Notes under the pieces: model-generated | Databases searched by the model: none | The model's input: only the letters and a program-made list of their open reading frames with translations | What the model was told of the DNA's origin: nothing | DNA from: Candidatus Aenigmarchaeota archaeon LH_S4 | Lineage (GTDB): Archaea > Aenigmatarchaeota > Aenigmatarchaeia > QMZS01 | Reading direction: 5' to 3' | DNA: 48,268 nucleotides | NCBI GenBank assembly: GCA_023659975.1 | Contig: JAGXOI010000001.1 | Coordinates: 1 to 48,268 of the forward strand | Position numbers and translations under genes: made by a program | Shown: positions 19,101 through 30,349 of the stretch, one piece after another | Layout: the number at the start of each line of letters is the position of its first letter | Position numbering within the stretch: position 1 is the stretch's first letter

Positions 19101-21153
19101 TGATCTTGGCACTCCTATTTATATCATAGAATTAACAAAAACAACTTATGGGAACTTAAGAGCTTATTTAGCAATACCAGAAGCAGGAAATCATTATCCA
19201 TGGTTTGGAACAAGAAGAACTAACACTAATATAACATTCCCTGTTTTACTTACTTATCCAAATGGAACTGCTATCCAAGGAGCAAATGTTTCTATTTACA
19301 AAGTTATATTAAGAAATTTAGAAACAGAAGAATTAGAGGACTCTACTATAAAACTGACAGACAAAAATGGAATTGCTATCTTTACCTACAATCTAACCAA
19401 TTCTGGAGACTATACTATAATACCAGAAGCCCAAGTTGAGGATAAACAAACTATAATGAAAAGATGGACCTCTCCACATGTTGAAGCTAAAGCTTTCCGT
19501 ACCTGGAGTGATACTTATTCAAAGCTTGCTGAGTTAAGTGACTTTGAAGAACAAACACCAACTAAATTAGAGACAATCCGATTCCCAAGGCAGGGCAGAG
19601 AAGTTTATCTAAAGAGGAATAACTCAGATGTTACTCCACCAGATGGAGTAATAGATTATTACGCTGATTACACTGAGATGGATGAGGATAAGTGGTGGTT
19701 TTTGATTGATAATAATACAGAAAGGATTTACGTAGATAACGATGCTTTATTCAATGAATCAGATGATTCAGAAATGCAAGAAATTAATATTAGTGATGAC
19801 TTCTGGCTTAATTGGACAGAATCTGGATATAACCTAACCTTTAAATTATTAAGCAGACCAGATAAAGATAGAATTGTTTTTGGGTTTGAGCTTGGAAAAT
19901 ATAAAGGCAGGAGTTTAAATTTGAGTGGAAATTCAAATATAACAATAAATAATAAGCAATACAAATTTATATTGAATAATATAACATCAGAAAATCAAGC
20001 GAACTTAACTGTTATAGACTTTAAAAATAACAGCAGAACTAGAATAGTTTCAGAAGGAAACTGGAAGTTATTCTACCCACTCAACATTTATGTTGAAAAC
20101 ATTACTCTAGATAACATAGATATATCAATAAGTACAGGAGATTTGGAAATAGCAAATTATACAGATAATAATCTTGTAGTTTTGGATAACACCACCTATC
20201 CAAATGGATTTGATTTAAGTAGGTGGAGTGGGGTATCTTATGATACAGTTTTAATTTCAACAACTGGAAATGCTACAGAATTACATCCTGGAGATGAATG
20301 GCTAAACACTGGAGAATATGTTTCAGCAATTAGCAGACGGGGAGATAATATAATATTGTTGAACGGAACTAAAGTTTTATACCCACCAGAAACTGGATCG
20401 GACTATCTTGTTAAGCACATTAATGAAACAAGTTTAGGAAGTAATGGAACTGACCTAAATGAAGATGGAGATTTAGGAGATGAGTTTTACTTTGTGATTT
20501 ACGATTCTCCTTGGGATGATGTAACCGAATATACAAGAATGATAGTAGATGATGATAATGATTTGCTTTATAGTTGGCTTCCAGTAGATTTTAAAGGTAA
20601 TGAAACTGGTGTAAGAGAAGACATAACAAGTTTGCCAAGTGATTACGTGTGGACTTTGGGATCTAGCATATTCTTCAACAATCAAACAAATAATTTAACT
20701 TTATTAGAGGATAAATGGCGATTTGAACAAGAAGAGAATATAACTGTTTGGGTTGAAGCAAATGACTTTGATGGGTCTGCAATTAAAGGTAATTTAAGTA
20801 TTATTAAAATAAAAACCTGGGAGCAGGAGTTTAACGCTAGCGAAAAACTCAAAACAGAATTAGTAGATGGTTATGGTTTGATAACTGTAGCCCCACAAAA
20901 CTTTAAAAATGAAACCACTAATCGAACTAAATGGCCATCAGATTTCAGAATCATAGGAAATATAACCTCAACTGATGGAAGAGAAGAGATAATAACGATA
21001 TGGTCGGATACAGGTACATCATCAGTAGGCACTTCTGGTGGAGGTCTTGTAGGTACATCATCAGTAGGCACTTCTGGTGGAGGTGCTGGGGTATCTCCAG
21101 AATCTTCGTATAAAGTAACACAAACTAAAACATTTGAGGTTGGTAGAAAATGA
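13132..21153 (+). CDS. Giant secreted surface protein (2673 aa) with peptidase C25 (gingipain-like) domain
   Basis: A signal peptide (VSLFVLALFILSLPVGLA) follows the second ATG. His/Cys dyad motifs are YHIGHGGGNG and LVSIACSNGQYD. There are very many N-x-S/T sequons and a C-terminal GTSSVGTSGGG tandem repeat (2 x 39 nt, 21013-21090). Confidence 0.65.
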   Translation: MNKVSLFVLALFILSLPVGLASDNLTFSEEQSLRDLNLKGISPEHFVTLGDTKELDFSLDTSDCKLYKIKNFDYVKVSDLKPSTAPGEPQLPMKTFVVKLPLNSTVSDVNITSGEFVKIKNKLNIAPTPEPLKWHQGVQQKIEYNPDEDVYSSEENFTGNALSYEVGKDNHNTYVYVRLYPLQYSPKKKKAILITKANIKVYYSEGENFFYSSQNSYQSSSDGSEAIIITPPEFYNQSLELADFHEQQNESINTTVINTTWIYANYNNTIDPPIEGCADGCEDLISKGYNYTLAKRIIAFLKNETTTNQNLKYVTLFGNTLYVPPSYYVDNYIVTDFFYSSPDYDATDIDPTPNYMVGRLPVDNETEAEHVVQKIINWRGNLSEEWFNNSVVAGGKPFGTSLYMGELIITDAINKGYFNGMNITKQFRTDNNFNKQNMSDTLSSGNTGFIYHIGHGGGNGMELKRGPENRIYVEDVMNYSENPNTSILVSIACSNGQYDIDIFGGIYGDYNKSFAEGVLLSKAGSVAYIGGARTNYGYVDSYLDKGYLIPIKEYWMAGMLTNVFKAYSEGGSTLGNITTEAMKSYYENNTITGIDKLTFFEFTLLGDPALKIPAKGEGKSYQQPNLTAVSPDFYENITWGMETPIYNLDTGESVTVNSETNSSIETKLINTKKWENETINRTQNQFDYTFVPPENSLYLIRTISDDEKEGWLYTYTQFVPENANLYLSTPTTVREGDQVWIHGEVEPNLAMNFSATLIFPNGSQEDLGSINSNQYGWFYFNFGTQGYSSGEYKVIVQGQLEDLSLEGTVKFKILDYDELEILPLTSKKFNTTKCKQYNFSECKIWPIKTTGIIDNDTCQPNNCDILEISKSGEVHNATIDTPDGLRHIAVVDTNYPNTYDMVFIDDDSVFMQTSGQEFNISEKGFLTEGSIAGDIETKEGEKIDIKIAKIARNGSSILLITPPARDEIPYDRDDEVNFVVLALDSGNPKEGISVYPEYHYQGNYPYVYSQLSNSTTDEFGLSSSYSFPVYKTGIYRIDVNEEWSTTIKVRPPFDTKYSIKDVDTEKEKSFFKRGDKIKFEVSAKDRQSGSLISLKKVYLKLRDPEGNLYSVSMDDTTDSDYVYEGTYTLGENAPTGKWSVNIEVESEEGIRDYVRTSFEVKSFEVKTSSQERFAPNESAWVLVTAVELGSGGDYYKMPEFYPIDDPNTTEIDECSKDELGNYRNVIINSVKDKEGNKLDISSWNITNVETFLEEPPYNSKYFQEFEQHTTELPDSFLRQCVIQFNAPVKQSVYSGDLNVKRANVDERETGSFMFSVQVIDAWAYPWDPDEGWKWASSPGSNVTLKLNAYDLYNQKRIPISDIIDAKITEIRGEQGVVDILNQSFVKNLNTSNSYALLNFIAPNQTGWYNVKFMLTAQINESGTLKNETGLGRGWFSVRLYDVWGWTEKRRYSTNDSVPINVTVRDFSGNPVSNINIEIEEVTNRKTREDYTDKIIWGSSKTNSNGKATITLEPNRTWKKGRYSVKLKAIDSEGRYEYGRAGFEVKNYRVSVKRLVNGDQKWKILKGDNLTFIPLVWKVSQGWDEPPLNSSHYSINLDESVLNYYGSGWSRRYEPEKIKFTELNATPWNKTYEGINFRAVNISTNNSLIKSGNYEASIKLNIDGEEEIGESWLNIRAFEPDAKVLQRVYGQGDEASINVSVTPEQEFNVTLKELEGGYRYEYSEVDINATTLECNNSCLYNFSLPTDIKEGWYHGTLKFSIGEDVEYERIWFDVKSLELTPPKSVRENLWEKLTNKTYIHSYVYPTSPCSEIGYNLTLPPEIVNDSCSLLNSTLTQSRNIGIPRNDYLILIDKDTNKIYIDTNSDFTDGNITYNSTINDTFTDAEGIEWVIKEINYYGLELEAKNALNNGIKVNLSLSKSGEFRFGRFNESRFGGYWSKEEKIDLNNNGKQENIYLLAVDTQESGAYDEIFVEYNVTDLSDKNLTSVGSTTDLGTPIYIIELTKTTYGNLRAYLAIPEAGNHYPWFGTRRTNTNITFPVLLTYPNGTAIQGANVSIYKVILRNLETEELEDSTIKLTDKNGIAIFTYNLTNSGDYTIIPEAQVEDKQTIMKRWTSPHVEAKAFRTWSDTYSKLAELSDFEEQTPTKLETIRFPRQGREVYLKRNNSDVTPPDGVIDYYADYTEMDEDKWWFLIDNNTERIYVDNDALFNESDDSEMQEINISDDFWLNWTESGYNLTFKLLSRPDKDRIVFGFELGKYKGRSLNLSGNSNITINNKQYKFILNNITSENQANLTVIDFKNNSRTRIVSEGNWKLFYPLNIYVENITLDNIDISISTGDLEIANYTDNNLVVLDNTTYPNGFDLSRWSGVSYDTVLISTTGNATELHPGDEWLNTGEYVSAISRRGDNIILLNGTKVLYPPETGSDYLVKHINETSLGSNGTDLNEDGDLGDEFYFVIYDSPWDDVTEYTRMIVDDDNDLLYSWLPVDFKGNETGVREDITSLPSDYVWTLGSSIFFNNQTNNLTLLEDKWRFEQEENITVWVEANDFDGSAIKGNLSIIKIKTWEQEFNASEKLKTELVDGYGLITVAPQNFKNETTNRTKWPSDFRIIGNITSTDGREEIITIWSDTGTSSVGTSGGGLVGTSSVGTSGGGAGVSPESSYKVTQTKTFEVGRK

Positions 21154-22697
21154 GAAAGGTAAGTTTAAGTTTGGTGATGATGATGGTTTTTGTTTTGATG
21201 AGTGTTGCCTATGCTCAATCCATTTCTATAACAATAGACCCTTCATCTATAACAGAGGTAAAAAATCGAGAATTTTTCACAAAAGTTAGTTATGATATAA
21301 CAGGTACATTTGATTCTTGTTATTTAAAAGTTGATGAAAGTAGTTTGCCACCTGAATGGCAATTGAAAGAGAAAAATCCTAAGGAAATAGATTGCTCTTC
21401 TGGAACAACTAACCTACCAAAAATATTGGCAACAAGTACAGATAGTAATGTTCCTATAACAATTATAGTTAAAGGTGAGGGAACTCCCTCTAAACAAGAT
21501 ACTGAAACTCTTTATGTAACAGTAGAAGAGGGAGCTATTTTAGATGCAAGGTTGATACCTTTAGCATCGAGCATAACAGTAGAAAAAGGTAAAACTTACA
21601 AAATAGAATTTAATGTTGAAAATATTGGAGATGTAGATTCAGAAAGTGCTGCAGCAAGTATAAATTGTCCCTCTGGTTATTCTTGCCCTCCAACTTTAAC
21701 TTTAAAAGGGGCAGGACAAAGTGAGGGTGTAATAACAGCAGGTAACAGTATTTATGGTTCTTTTGATGTAAAGGCTAGTGACAATCCAACTTCTAGAAAT
21801 TTAGAGATTATAGTCTCCGCTGCAAATTCTCAAGTATCGGACACAATTAGAGTACCTTTATCATATTCTGCTCCAGATGGAGGAGATGGTGAAGGAACTC
21901 ATCCTTCTCCAACAGGACCATCTATTCCACCACAAAAACTAAAAAATGCAACAAAGAAATTAGAACTAGTTCCTGGAGTTGGCTTAAGGAATAACACAAA
22001 GTTGCAGGCAGCAATAGAAAAAGTTCTTGCTAAGGGAAAAATGAGTGAACAGGCAAGGGAAAATATGTTGAGATTATCTAAAAGCATAACTTCAGATTTA
22101 GAAGTTGAAAGGAAATTTGAAGCAAAAGAAAATAAATCAACCCTTAAAACGAAAATTAGATACAAAGGAAACAAGACAGCAAAGAACTTTATTGTTTATG
22201 ATTCTGTTCCAAAGAGATTTGCAAATTCATCAGATTTAATTAAAGTAACAGCAGCAGGGGCTACAGTAGAAGTTGTTGAACCAGACCCAGAGTATTTGTT
22301 TAATTACCCAGAAGTCTCTACAGACCAGGATTTGGAAATAATTTATGAGGTTTCCGGAGAGAAAGATGCAAGTTTGATAAATGAGACCTCTGTGGAATTC
22401 TATGCTGAGAGTTTGGAGGAAGTTGTCCCTGAAGAAGAAAAAGTTTGTACTCAAGGAGAAAAAAGATGTTTGGATAATAAACTACAGGAATGCAAAGACA
22501 ATACTTGGACAACAATAGAAACCTGCGAATATGGTTGCAATTCAACTTCTCTAACATGTAATCTAGAGCCTGAAGTAGAAAAACCAGAAGAAAAACCACT
22601 AAATTGGACACCTATAATTATAATAATAGTAGTAATTGCTTTAGCTGGTTTAGGTTATTATTTTGGAGTTTATAAGAAGAAAAAATTAGAAGTTTAG
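21150..22697 (+). CDS. Secreted protein with C-terminal TM anchor, CARDB-like fold and Cys-rich module
   Basis: ATGA overlap with the giant gene. It has a signal peptide, an NVENIGDVDSES segment, a CTQGEKRCLDNKLQECKDN...CEYGCNSTSLTC module, and a C-terminal IIIIVVIALAGLGYYFGVY helix followed by KKKK. Confidence 0.55.
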   Translation: MRKVSLSLVMMMVFVLMSVAYAQSISITIDPSSITEVKNREFFTKVSYDITGTFDSCYLKVDESSLPPEWQLKEKNPKEIDCSSGTTNLPKILATSTDSNVPITIIVKGEGTPSKQDTETLYVTVEEGAILDARLIPLASSITVEKGKTYKIEFNVENIGDVDSESAAASINCPSGYSCPPTLTLKGAGQSEGVITAGNSIYGSFDVKASDNPTSRNLEIIVSAANSQVSDTIRVPLSYSAPDGGDGEGTHPSPTGPSIPPQKLKNATKKLELVPGVGLRNNTKLQAAIEKVLAKGKMSEQARENMLRLSKSITSDLEVERKFEAKENKSTLKTKIRYKGNKTAKNFIVYDSVPKRFANSSDLIKVTAAGATVEVVEPDPEYLFNYPEVSTDQDLEIIYEVSGEKDASLINETSVEFYAESLEEVVPEEEKVCTQGEKRCLDNKLQECKDNTWTTIETCEYGCNSTSLTCNLEPEVEKPEEKPLNWTPIIIIIVVIALAGLGYYFGVYKKKKLEV

Positions 22698-22755
22698 TGT
22701 ATAATTATAAAGTGTATAAAATTAACAAATTCTGCTGAGGAAGCAATTTAAACCA

Positions 22756-23172
22756 TTAAATATCACAACTCACAGTTGCTTTATACTCTCTACTTCTCTC
22801 AATTTTGAATTTGTAGTTTGTGATTCCTTTCACAACAGTCCCGCCTTTTTCAGGGGTTATTTTTTCCCCTAAGGCAACAACCTTCCCTTTATATCCTTCT
22901 TCAGATTCCTGAATTTCAACCTCAAATTTACACAGAAAAACTTCGTTTATCTCGCTTTCAGCGAGCAGATTGGAGAGAAAATAGTAAAGAGCATCCTCTA
23001 AATTTTTTCCTTCAAATTCAAATTCTATCTTTTCCTTAGGCTCAATTTTGTCAATTTCACAGATAACAGAAAACAGAGCCTCTGCAGAATTCTCAAACAA
23101 TTCCTCTAAAGTTGACCCATAGGACTCAAATAGCACATCAGAAGTTAAATCCTCAAGAAAGCGGTATTTCAT
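22756..23172 (-). CDS. Archease (activator of RtcB tRNA-splicing ligase)
   Basis: 138 aa. Shows MKYRFLEDLTSDV...LEELFENSAEAL...VKGITNYKFKI...SCDI, the typical archease pattern. Confidence 0.8.
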   Translation of the reverse strand: MKYRFLEDLTSDVLFESYGSTLEELFENSAEALFSVICEIDKIEPKEKIEFEFEGKNLEDALYYFLSNLLAESEINEVFLCKFEVEIQESEEGYKGKVVALGEKITPEKGGTVVKGITNYKFKIERSREYKATVSCDI

Positions 23173-23174
23173 AG

Positions 23175-24002
23175 TTAGATAGTAATTAAAAGAACTTTTG
23201 TCACAGTTGCATAAGTTTTATGTCCAAACTCAAATACAATTTCATCATTTGCTGAAATAGAAGTTGTATCAAAAAATTTATCTATTTCACTAAAAACCAA
23301 TTTAAAATTTCTTTTTAGTTTCCAACTTTCTTCAGGATTTTTTGTATTTAGTAGTATAACAAATAATCGATTATCTGCACCAAATCTTTGTGCCCCTTGA
23401 TTTTCGTACATCCATACTGCCAGATTCTTTGGATTTTCAATTGCTTCTTTCACAGAATAATTTTTTGGTAGGTAAGTAGTTTTTAAATCAAAGGGCTGAT
23501 TTCCAAAGAATATATCTACACCTTTTATACTTTTCAAAGTTGGTATAACTTTTGGATGTTGAGCTATATGCTCCTCAATTAAAACAGTAGTCCAATGATT
23601 ATACCAAGTACAAACAACATAGTTTGTTATTTCATCATGCAGTTTATCTTTTACTTTATTTACAATATCATCATACCTAAAAATTTTCCTTACGTATTCT
23701 GTTTGGATTTTCTGATCAAGTTGACCTTGAATAACACTCCACGAAAAGTTTTCCACCTTAAGAAGTTCATGTTTCAGCTCTTCATCAGAGATTAATTTTT
23801 GACGCGCCAAAACTAAATTTTTATATTGCTTTTTAATAAATAGATTTATCCGTTCATCTGGCACATCCATTAAATTTTTAATCAACTCTGATGAACTGCC
23901 TTTTTGAGGAAACCCCGTTAATTTGGAAAGTTCTTTAAGTTTAGGGGAAAGTATTGATTTTAATTTCAAGTTTTTTAATTCTATCTGACTAACTAAAGGC
24001 AT
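23175..24002 (-). CDS. Putative type II restriction endonuclease (PD-(D/E)XK)
   Basis: It lies 5 nt downstream of the methyltransferase on the same strand. GVDIFFGNQPFDLK fits a D...(D/E)xK catalytic motif. Confidence 0.45.
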   Translation of the reverse strand: MPLVSQIELKNLKLKSILSPKLKELSKLTGFPQKGSSSELIKNLMDVPDERINLFIKKQYKNLVLARQKLISDEELKHELLKVENFSWSVIQGQLDQKIQTEYVRKIFRYDDIVNKVKDKLHDEITNYVVCTWYNHWTTVLIEEHIAQHPKVIPTLKSIKGVDIFFGNQPFDLKTTYLPKNYSVKEAIENPKNLAVWMYENQGAQRFGADNRLFVILLNTKNPEESWKLKRNFKLVFSEIDKFFDTTSISANDEIVFEFGHKTYATVTKVLLITI

Positions 24003-24007
24003 TTTAT

Positions 24008-25216
24008 TTACCTTTTTTTGTTTTTCTTAAACAACATAATATATTCATGTTTAAAAATATAGAATCCCCCTACCAAAGCACGATAACGCCATAGTTCCTT
24101 CTGATTTCTTTTACTTCTAGTCTCTTCAAAGTTTTTTACAATTATACTTTTTAATAGATAACCCCTTTTTAAAACTTCCTGCATTGTTAAAAATCCTAGA
24201 GGTATCCATTCTCCTTGTGAATATTTATCACCGATGATAAGAGCGAAATATCTACCATTTTCCAATAAATCATAAGTATTATCCACAACTTCGCCAAACA
24301 TTTTTAAAAATTTAGAAACTGATTGTGCATTTGAAAGGTCATTAAAATTTTGACTGAATTTTATAATATCATGATATGGTGGATGCATTATCAATAACTG
24401 AACTTTGTTTATATTTAACCCTTCAAAAATTTCCTTCCTATTTATCTTTTTGCTATCTCCAACGATAACCTTTGTAATTACCTTATTCAGATTTTTCTCT
24501 TTTTCAATAAATTTTTTTGCCTCGTCTGCAACAGTAGGATTCAATTCAATACCTAACCCATTTCTTCCCAACTTTTTAGATTCAATTAATGTTGTACCAC
24601 TACCAACAAAAGCATCCAAAACCCAATCTCCTTTTTTTGTGTACCTTAACATCATTTGGCGAGGAATTTGTGGAACAAAATTACCCCAATACCAACCCAA
24701 ATGTGCTCCAGAAGTATCTCTTTTATCTAAAACCCACAAACTATCTGTAAGTATATTTTCATATTCTTTCCATCTATTTAAATTTATATCATTGATTTTA
24801 CTGGTTTTAACCTCACTAATTTGTTTATTTAATCTATTTAAATAATATTTTGCTCTCTCTAGAGTTAGCGCTTCTTCAATCTGTGATAAATTATCTAATA
24901 AAATTTTTTCATCAATTTTTATTGTATCTCCATTATGTATTATGTTCAAAATACCAAATTTATCTAATTTTGGATAATTGATAATCTTTTTTATTTCTCT
25001 AATTTTCTGTCTTAAAGAAGTTATATCTGTCATTTGCTCAAGTTCTGCTATTCTTTTTATAATATACTCTTTGTTGAGTATTATAACCTTTTTTTCCAGC
25101 CCAAAATCTTTTAAAATTGCGGTTGAAATTCCAACCTCTCTTTCTCTTCTTGCCAAATCATCCAGTTCAGAAAAATCATCTAATTCTTTATCCAAATTAT
25201 CAAAATCAATTGCCAT
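24008..25216 (-). CDS. DNA methyltransferase (N6-A/N4-C type)
   Basis: AdoMet motif DAFVGSGTTLIE and catalytic (D/N/S)PPY-like motif MHPPYHD. The start is set at MAIDFDNL (25216). Confidence 0.75.
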   Translation of the reverse strand: MAIDFDNLDKELDDFSELDDLARREREVGISTAILKDFGLEKKVIILNKEYIIKRIAELEQMTDITSLRQKIREIKKIINYPKLDKFGILNIIHNGDTIKIDEKILLDNLSQIEEALTLERAKYYLNRLNKQISEVKTSKINDINLNRWKEYENILTDSLWVLDKRDTSGAHLGWYWGNFVPQIPRQMMLRYTKKGDWVLDAFVGSGTTLIESKKLGRNGLGIELNPTVADEAKKFIEKEKNLNKVITKVIVGDSKKINRKEIFEGLNINKVQLLIMHPPYHDIIKFSQNFNDLSNAQSVSKFLKMFGEVVDNTYDLLENGRYFALIIGDKYSQGEWIPLGFLTMQEVLKRGYLLKSIIVKNFEETRSKRNQKELWRYRALVGGFYIFKHEYIMLFKKNKKR

Positions 25217-25241
25217 AATTGTAAATAAAATAAATAAACTT

Positions 25242-26336
25242 ATGGAACTTCTCAAAAAATACAAACCAAAAAAAATTGAAGAATTTATTGGAAACAAGAG
25301 AGCAATAGAAGAAAGTCTGAAAAATTTCGGGAAAAAACCATTGCTTTTTTCTGGGGATCCAGGGGTTGGAAAAACTCTTTTATCTTATCTTATTGCAAAA
25401 AAACTCAACCTTGAAACTTATGAGATAAATGCTTCTGATTATAGGGATTTGGAAAGCCTTAAAAAAGTTTTGTTGATTTCAAAACAATATTCCCTACTTG
25501 GAAAGAAAAGAGTTATTCTAATTGATGAAATTGATGGTCTGTCTGTACAGGATAGGAGGGCAACAACAGAACTAATAAAAATTTTCAAGGAAAGCAAAAA
25601 TCCTATTGTATTAACTGCAAACAATGCCTATTCCCCAAAGTTAAGGAGTCTAAGATCCTACTGTAAATTAATTTCCTTCAGCAAGATTCCTTACCCATCT
25701 ATTACTAAATATTTGAGAGAAATCTGTAGACAGGAAAATTTAGACTATGAAGAATCCACTTTGAAAAATATTGCACAGAGATGTAACGGGGATGTAAGAG
25801 CAGCACTTCTTGATTTGAAAAGTTTAATTAAGGAAAACAAACTACTTCGGTCAGAAATACTTTCCCCAAGAGATTTTGAAGAGAACATTTTCAATTCAGT
25901 TCGTATAATTCTGAAAACAAAAAAAATAGAAGTAGCAAGGGATGTAATGAAAAATCTGGACAGAAATCCTGAAGATTTTTTCTGGTGGATTGAGGAAAAT
26001 GTTACAAGAGAATATAAAGGGAAGGATTTAAAAAATGGTTTGGATTTTTTAAGTCTAGCAGATATTTTCAGAAGAAGGATAATAAAAAGACAGGACTGGA
26101 TTCTGCTCAGATATTATGCAGATTTTATATCAATAGGGATTGCACTGGCAAAAAAGGAAACTTATTATAAATATGTTCCTTATGGATTTCCAACTTTTAT
26201 TTCAAAGATGAGTATGATGAAATCAAAGAAAAAAGAACTGGGAGAAAAAATTGGAAAACTGCAGGAAAAAATGCATTGCTCAAGGAGAATTATAAAAGAA
26301 GAATTACCTTATTTAGAACAGTTTTTAGATTTGTGA
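25242..26336 (+). CDS. rfcL: Replication factor C large subunit
   Basis: MELLKKYKPKKIEEFIGN..., Walker A GDPGVGKT, DEIDG, and the NGDVRAAL sensor. The track ORF start at 24978 is an antisense read-through of the methyltransferase gene. Confidence 0.8.
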   Translation: MELLKKYKPKKIEEFIGNKRAIEESLKNFGKKPLLFSGDPGVGKTLLSYLIAKKLNLETYEINASDYRDLESLKKVLLISKQYSLLGKKRVILIDEIDGLSVQDRRATTELIKIFKESKNPIVLTANNAYSPKLRSLRSYCKLISFSKIPYPSITKYLREICRQENLDYEESTLKNIAQRCNGDVRAALLDLKSLIKENKLLRSEILSPRDFEENIFNSVRIILKTKKIEVARDVMKNLDRNPEDFFWWIEENVTREYKGKDLKNGLDFLSLADIFRRRIIKRQDWILLRYYADFISIGIALAKKETYYKYVPYGFPTFISKMSMMKSKKKELGEKIGKLQEKMHCSRRIIKEELPYLEQFLDL

Positions 26337-26532
26337 ATTTGGTGTTTTTGTGGTGATAAATACCACATAGCTAAACCTTTTTCCAATGTTCTTCTCTAAA
26401 TTCCTATTTTTTTCCCAAATTACTTGCTGTTGATTTTCCAATCGTAAGAAGTTTTATATAAACTTTGGTTTCATTATCTGTTAAACCAATTTTTTGGGTT
26501 AATTTAGATTCTAATAGATATGCTGATTTGAG

Positions 26533-26607
26533 GTGTCGCAAGTGAAACTGCTAATTTTATCACTTTCGCAGTCTCGCCTTGCGAGTCAACCTTTTTTAAA
26601 GGCTGAC
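26533..26607 (-). ncRNA. Structured hairpin RNA module, copy A (23S 3' trailer)
   Basis: Minus strand reads GTCAGCCTTTAAAAAAGGTTGAC then TCGCAAGGCGAGACTGC-GAAAGTGATAAAATTA-GCAGTTTCACTTGCGA. It is homologous to 30466-30523 and 44601-44669. Confidence 0.5.
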
Positions 26608-26631
26608 AAGGAATAGAGTATCTATTTGTTG

Positions 26632-29705
<3,074 letters not shown>

Positions 29706-29902
29706 GCAACAAATAGATAATACTCTCCTTACACCTATTTTAATCATTGAGTACGAATAGATACTCTTTAGAAGATTTCTTAATATCAATAAGAAACCTT
29801 TCAACATAATATGATATAAAAGTTATATATAAGAAACCTTCACTAAAAACTTAGTTAATAATATCTAATATTGATAGATATTTACAGAATTAAACTAAAA
29901 TT

Positions 29903-30349
29903 ATGCAAGAGGTAATAGATAAAATCTGGAAAGAAACAACTCATTTTGGGAGCCTATGGTTTTATTCTTTTCTTGTTGCTTTGATGTTTATTCTTGGAGA
30001 AAAAATTTTATCTTTTCAATTGTTGGTAGGATTTGTTTTATCCTATCTAATTATAGTGTGTATAAGAGTAGTATATTATAAAGAAAGACCCAATAAACAA
30101 ACCTACAAAAGGTTTATTGAAAAAATATATGTCTCTTCATTTCCAAGTTTACATTCTATTAGAGGTGCAATGCTCTTTATATTTTTCTCACTCTATTACA
30201 ATACTTTATTAGTTTCCTTACTATTTCTTATTTTATCTCTTACAATTTTCGCGAGCAGATATTTCCTGAAAAAACATTATGTTTCAGATATTGTAGCAGG
30301 AGCAATAATTGGATTTCTATTATCTTATGGAATTATTTTGATTATTTAA
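29903..30349 (+). CDS. PAP2-family membrane phosphatase (polyprenyl-diphosphate phosphatase-like)
   Basis: Motifs KERP, PSLHS and SRYFLKKHYVSD, matching KxxxxxxRP / PSGH / SRxxxxxHxxxD. Four to five TM helices. Confidence 0.75.
   Translation: MQEVIDKIWKETTHFGSLWFYSFLVALMFILGEKILSFQLLVGFVLSYLIIVCIRVVYYKERPNKQTYKRFIEKIYVSSFPSLHSIRGAMLFIFFSLYYNTLLVSLLFLILSLTIFASRYFLKKHYVSDIVAGAIIGFLLSYGIILII

Noticed and set aside
24978-25241. N-terminal 88-aa extension of the RFC ORF
   Set aside because: It runs antisense through the methyltransferase 5' end and has low-complexity hydrophobic composition. The canonical RFC N-terminus (MELLKKYKPKKIEEF) starts at 25242.
26533-26587. H/ACA or C/D box sRNA interpretation of the recurrent hairpin module
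   Set aside because: Copies A and B are followed by ACA, but the stem is almost continuous with no pseudouridylation pocket, and copy C lacks the ACA. No RUGAUGA/CUGA box pairs with proper ~12-nt guide spacing were found on the transcribed strand.
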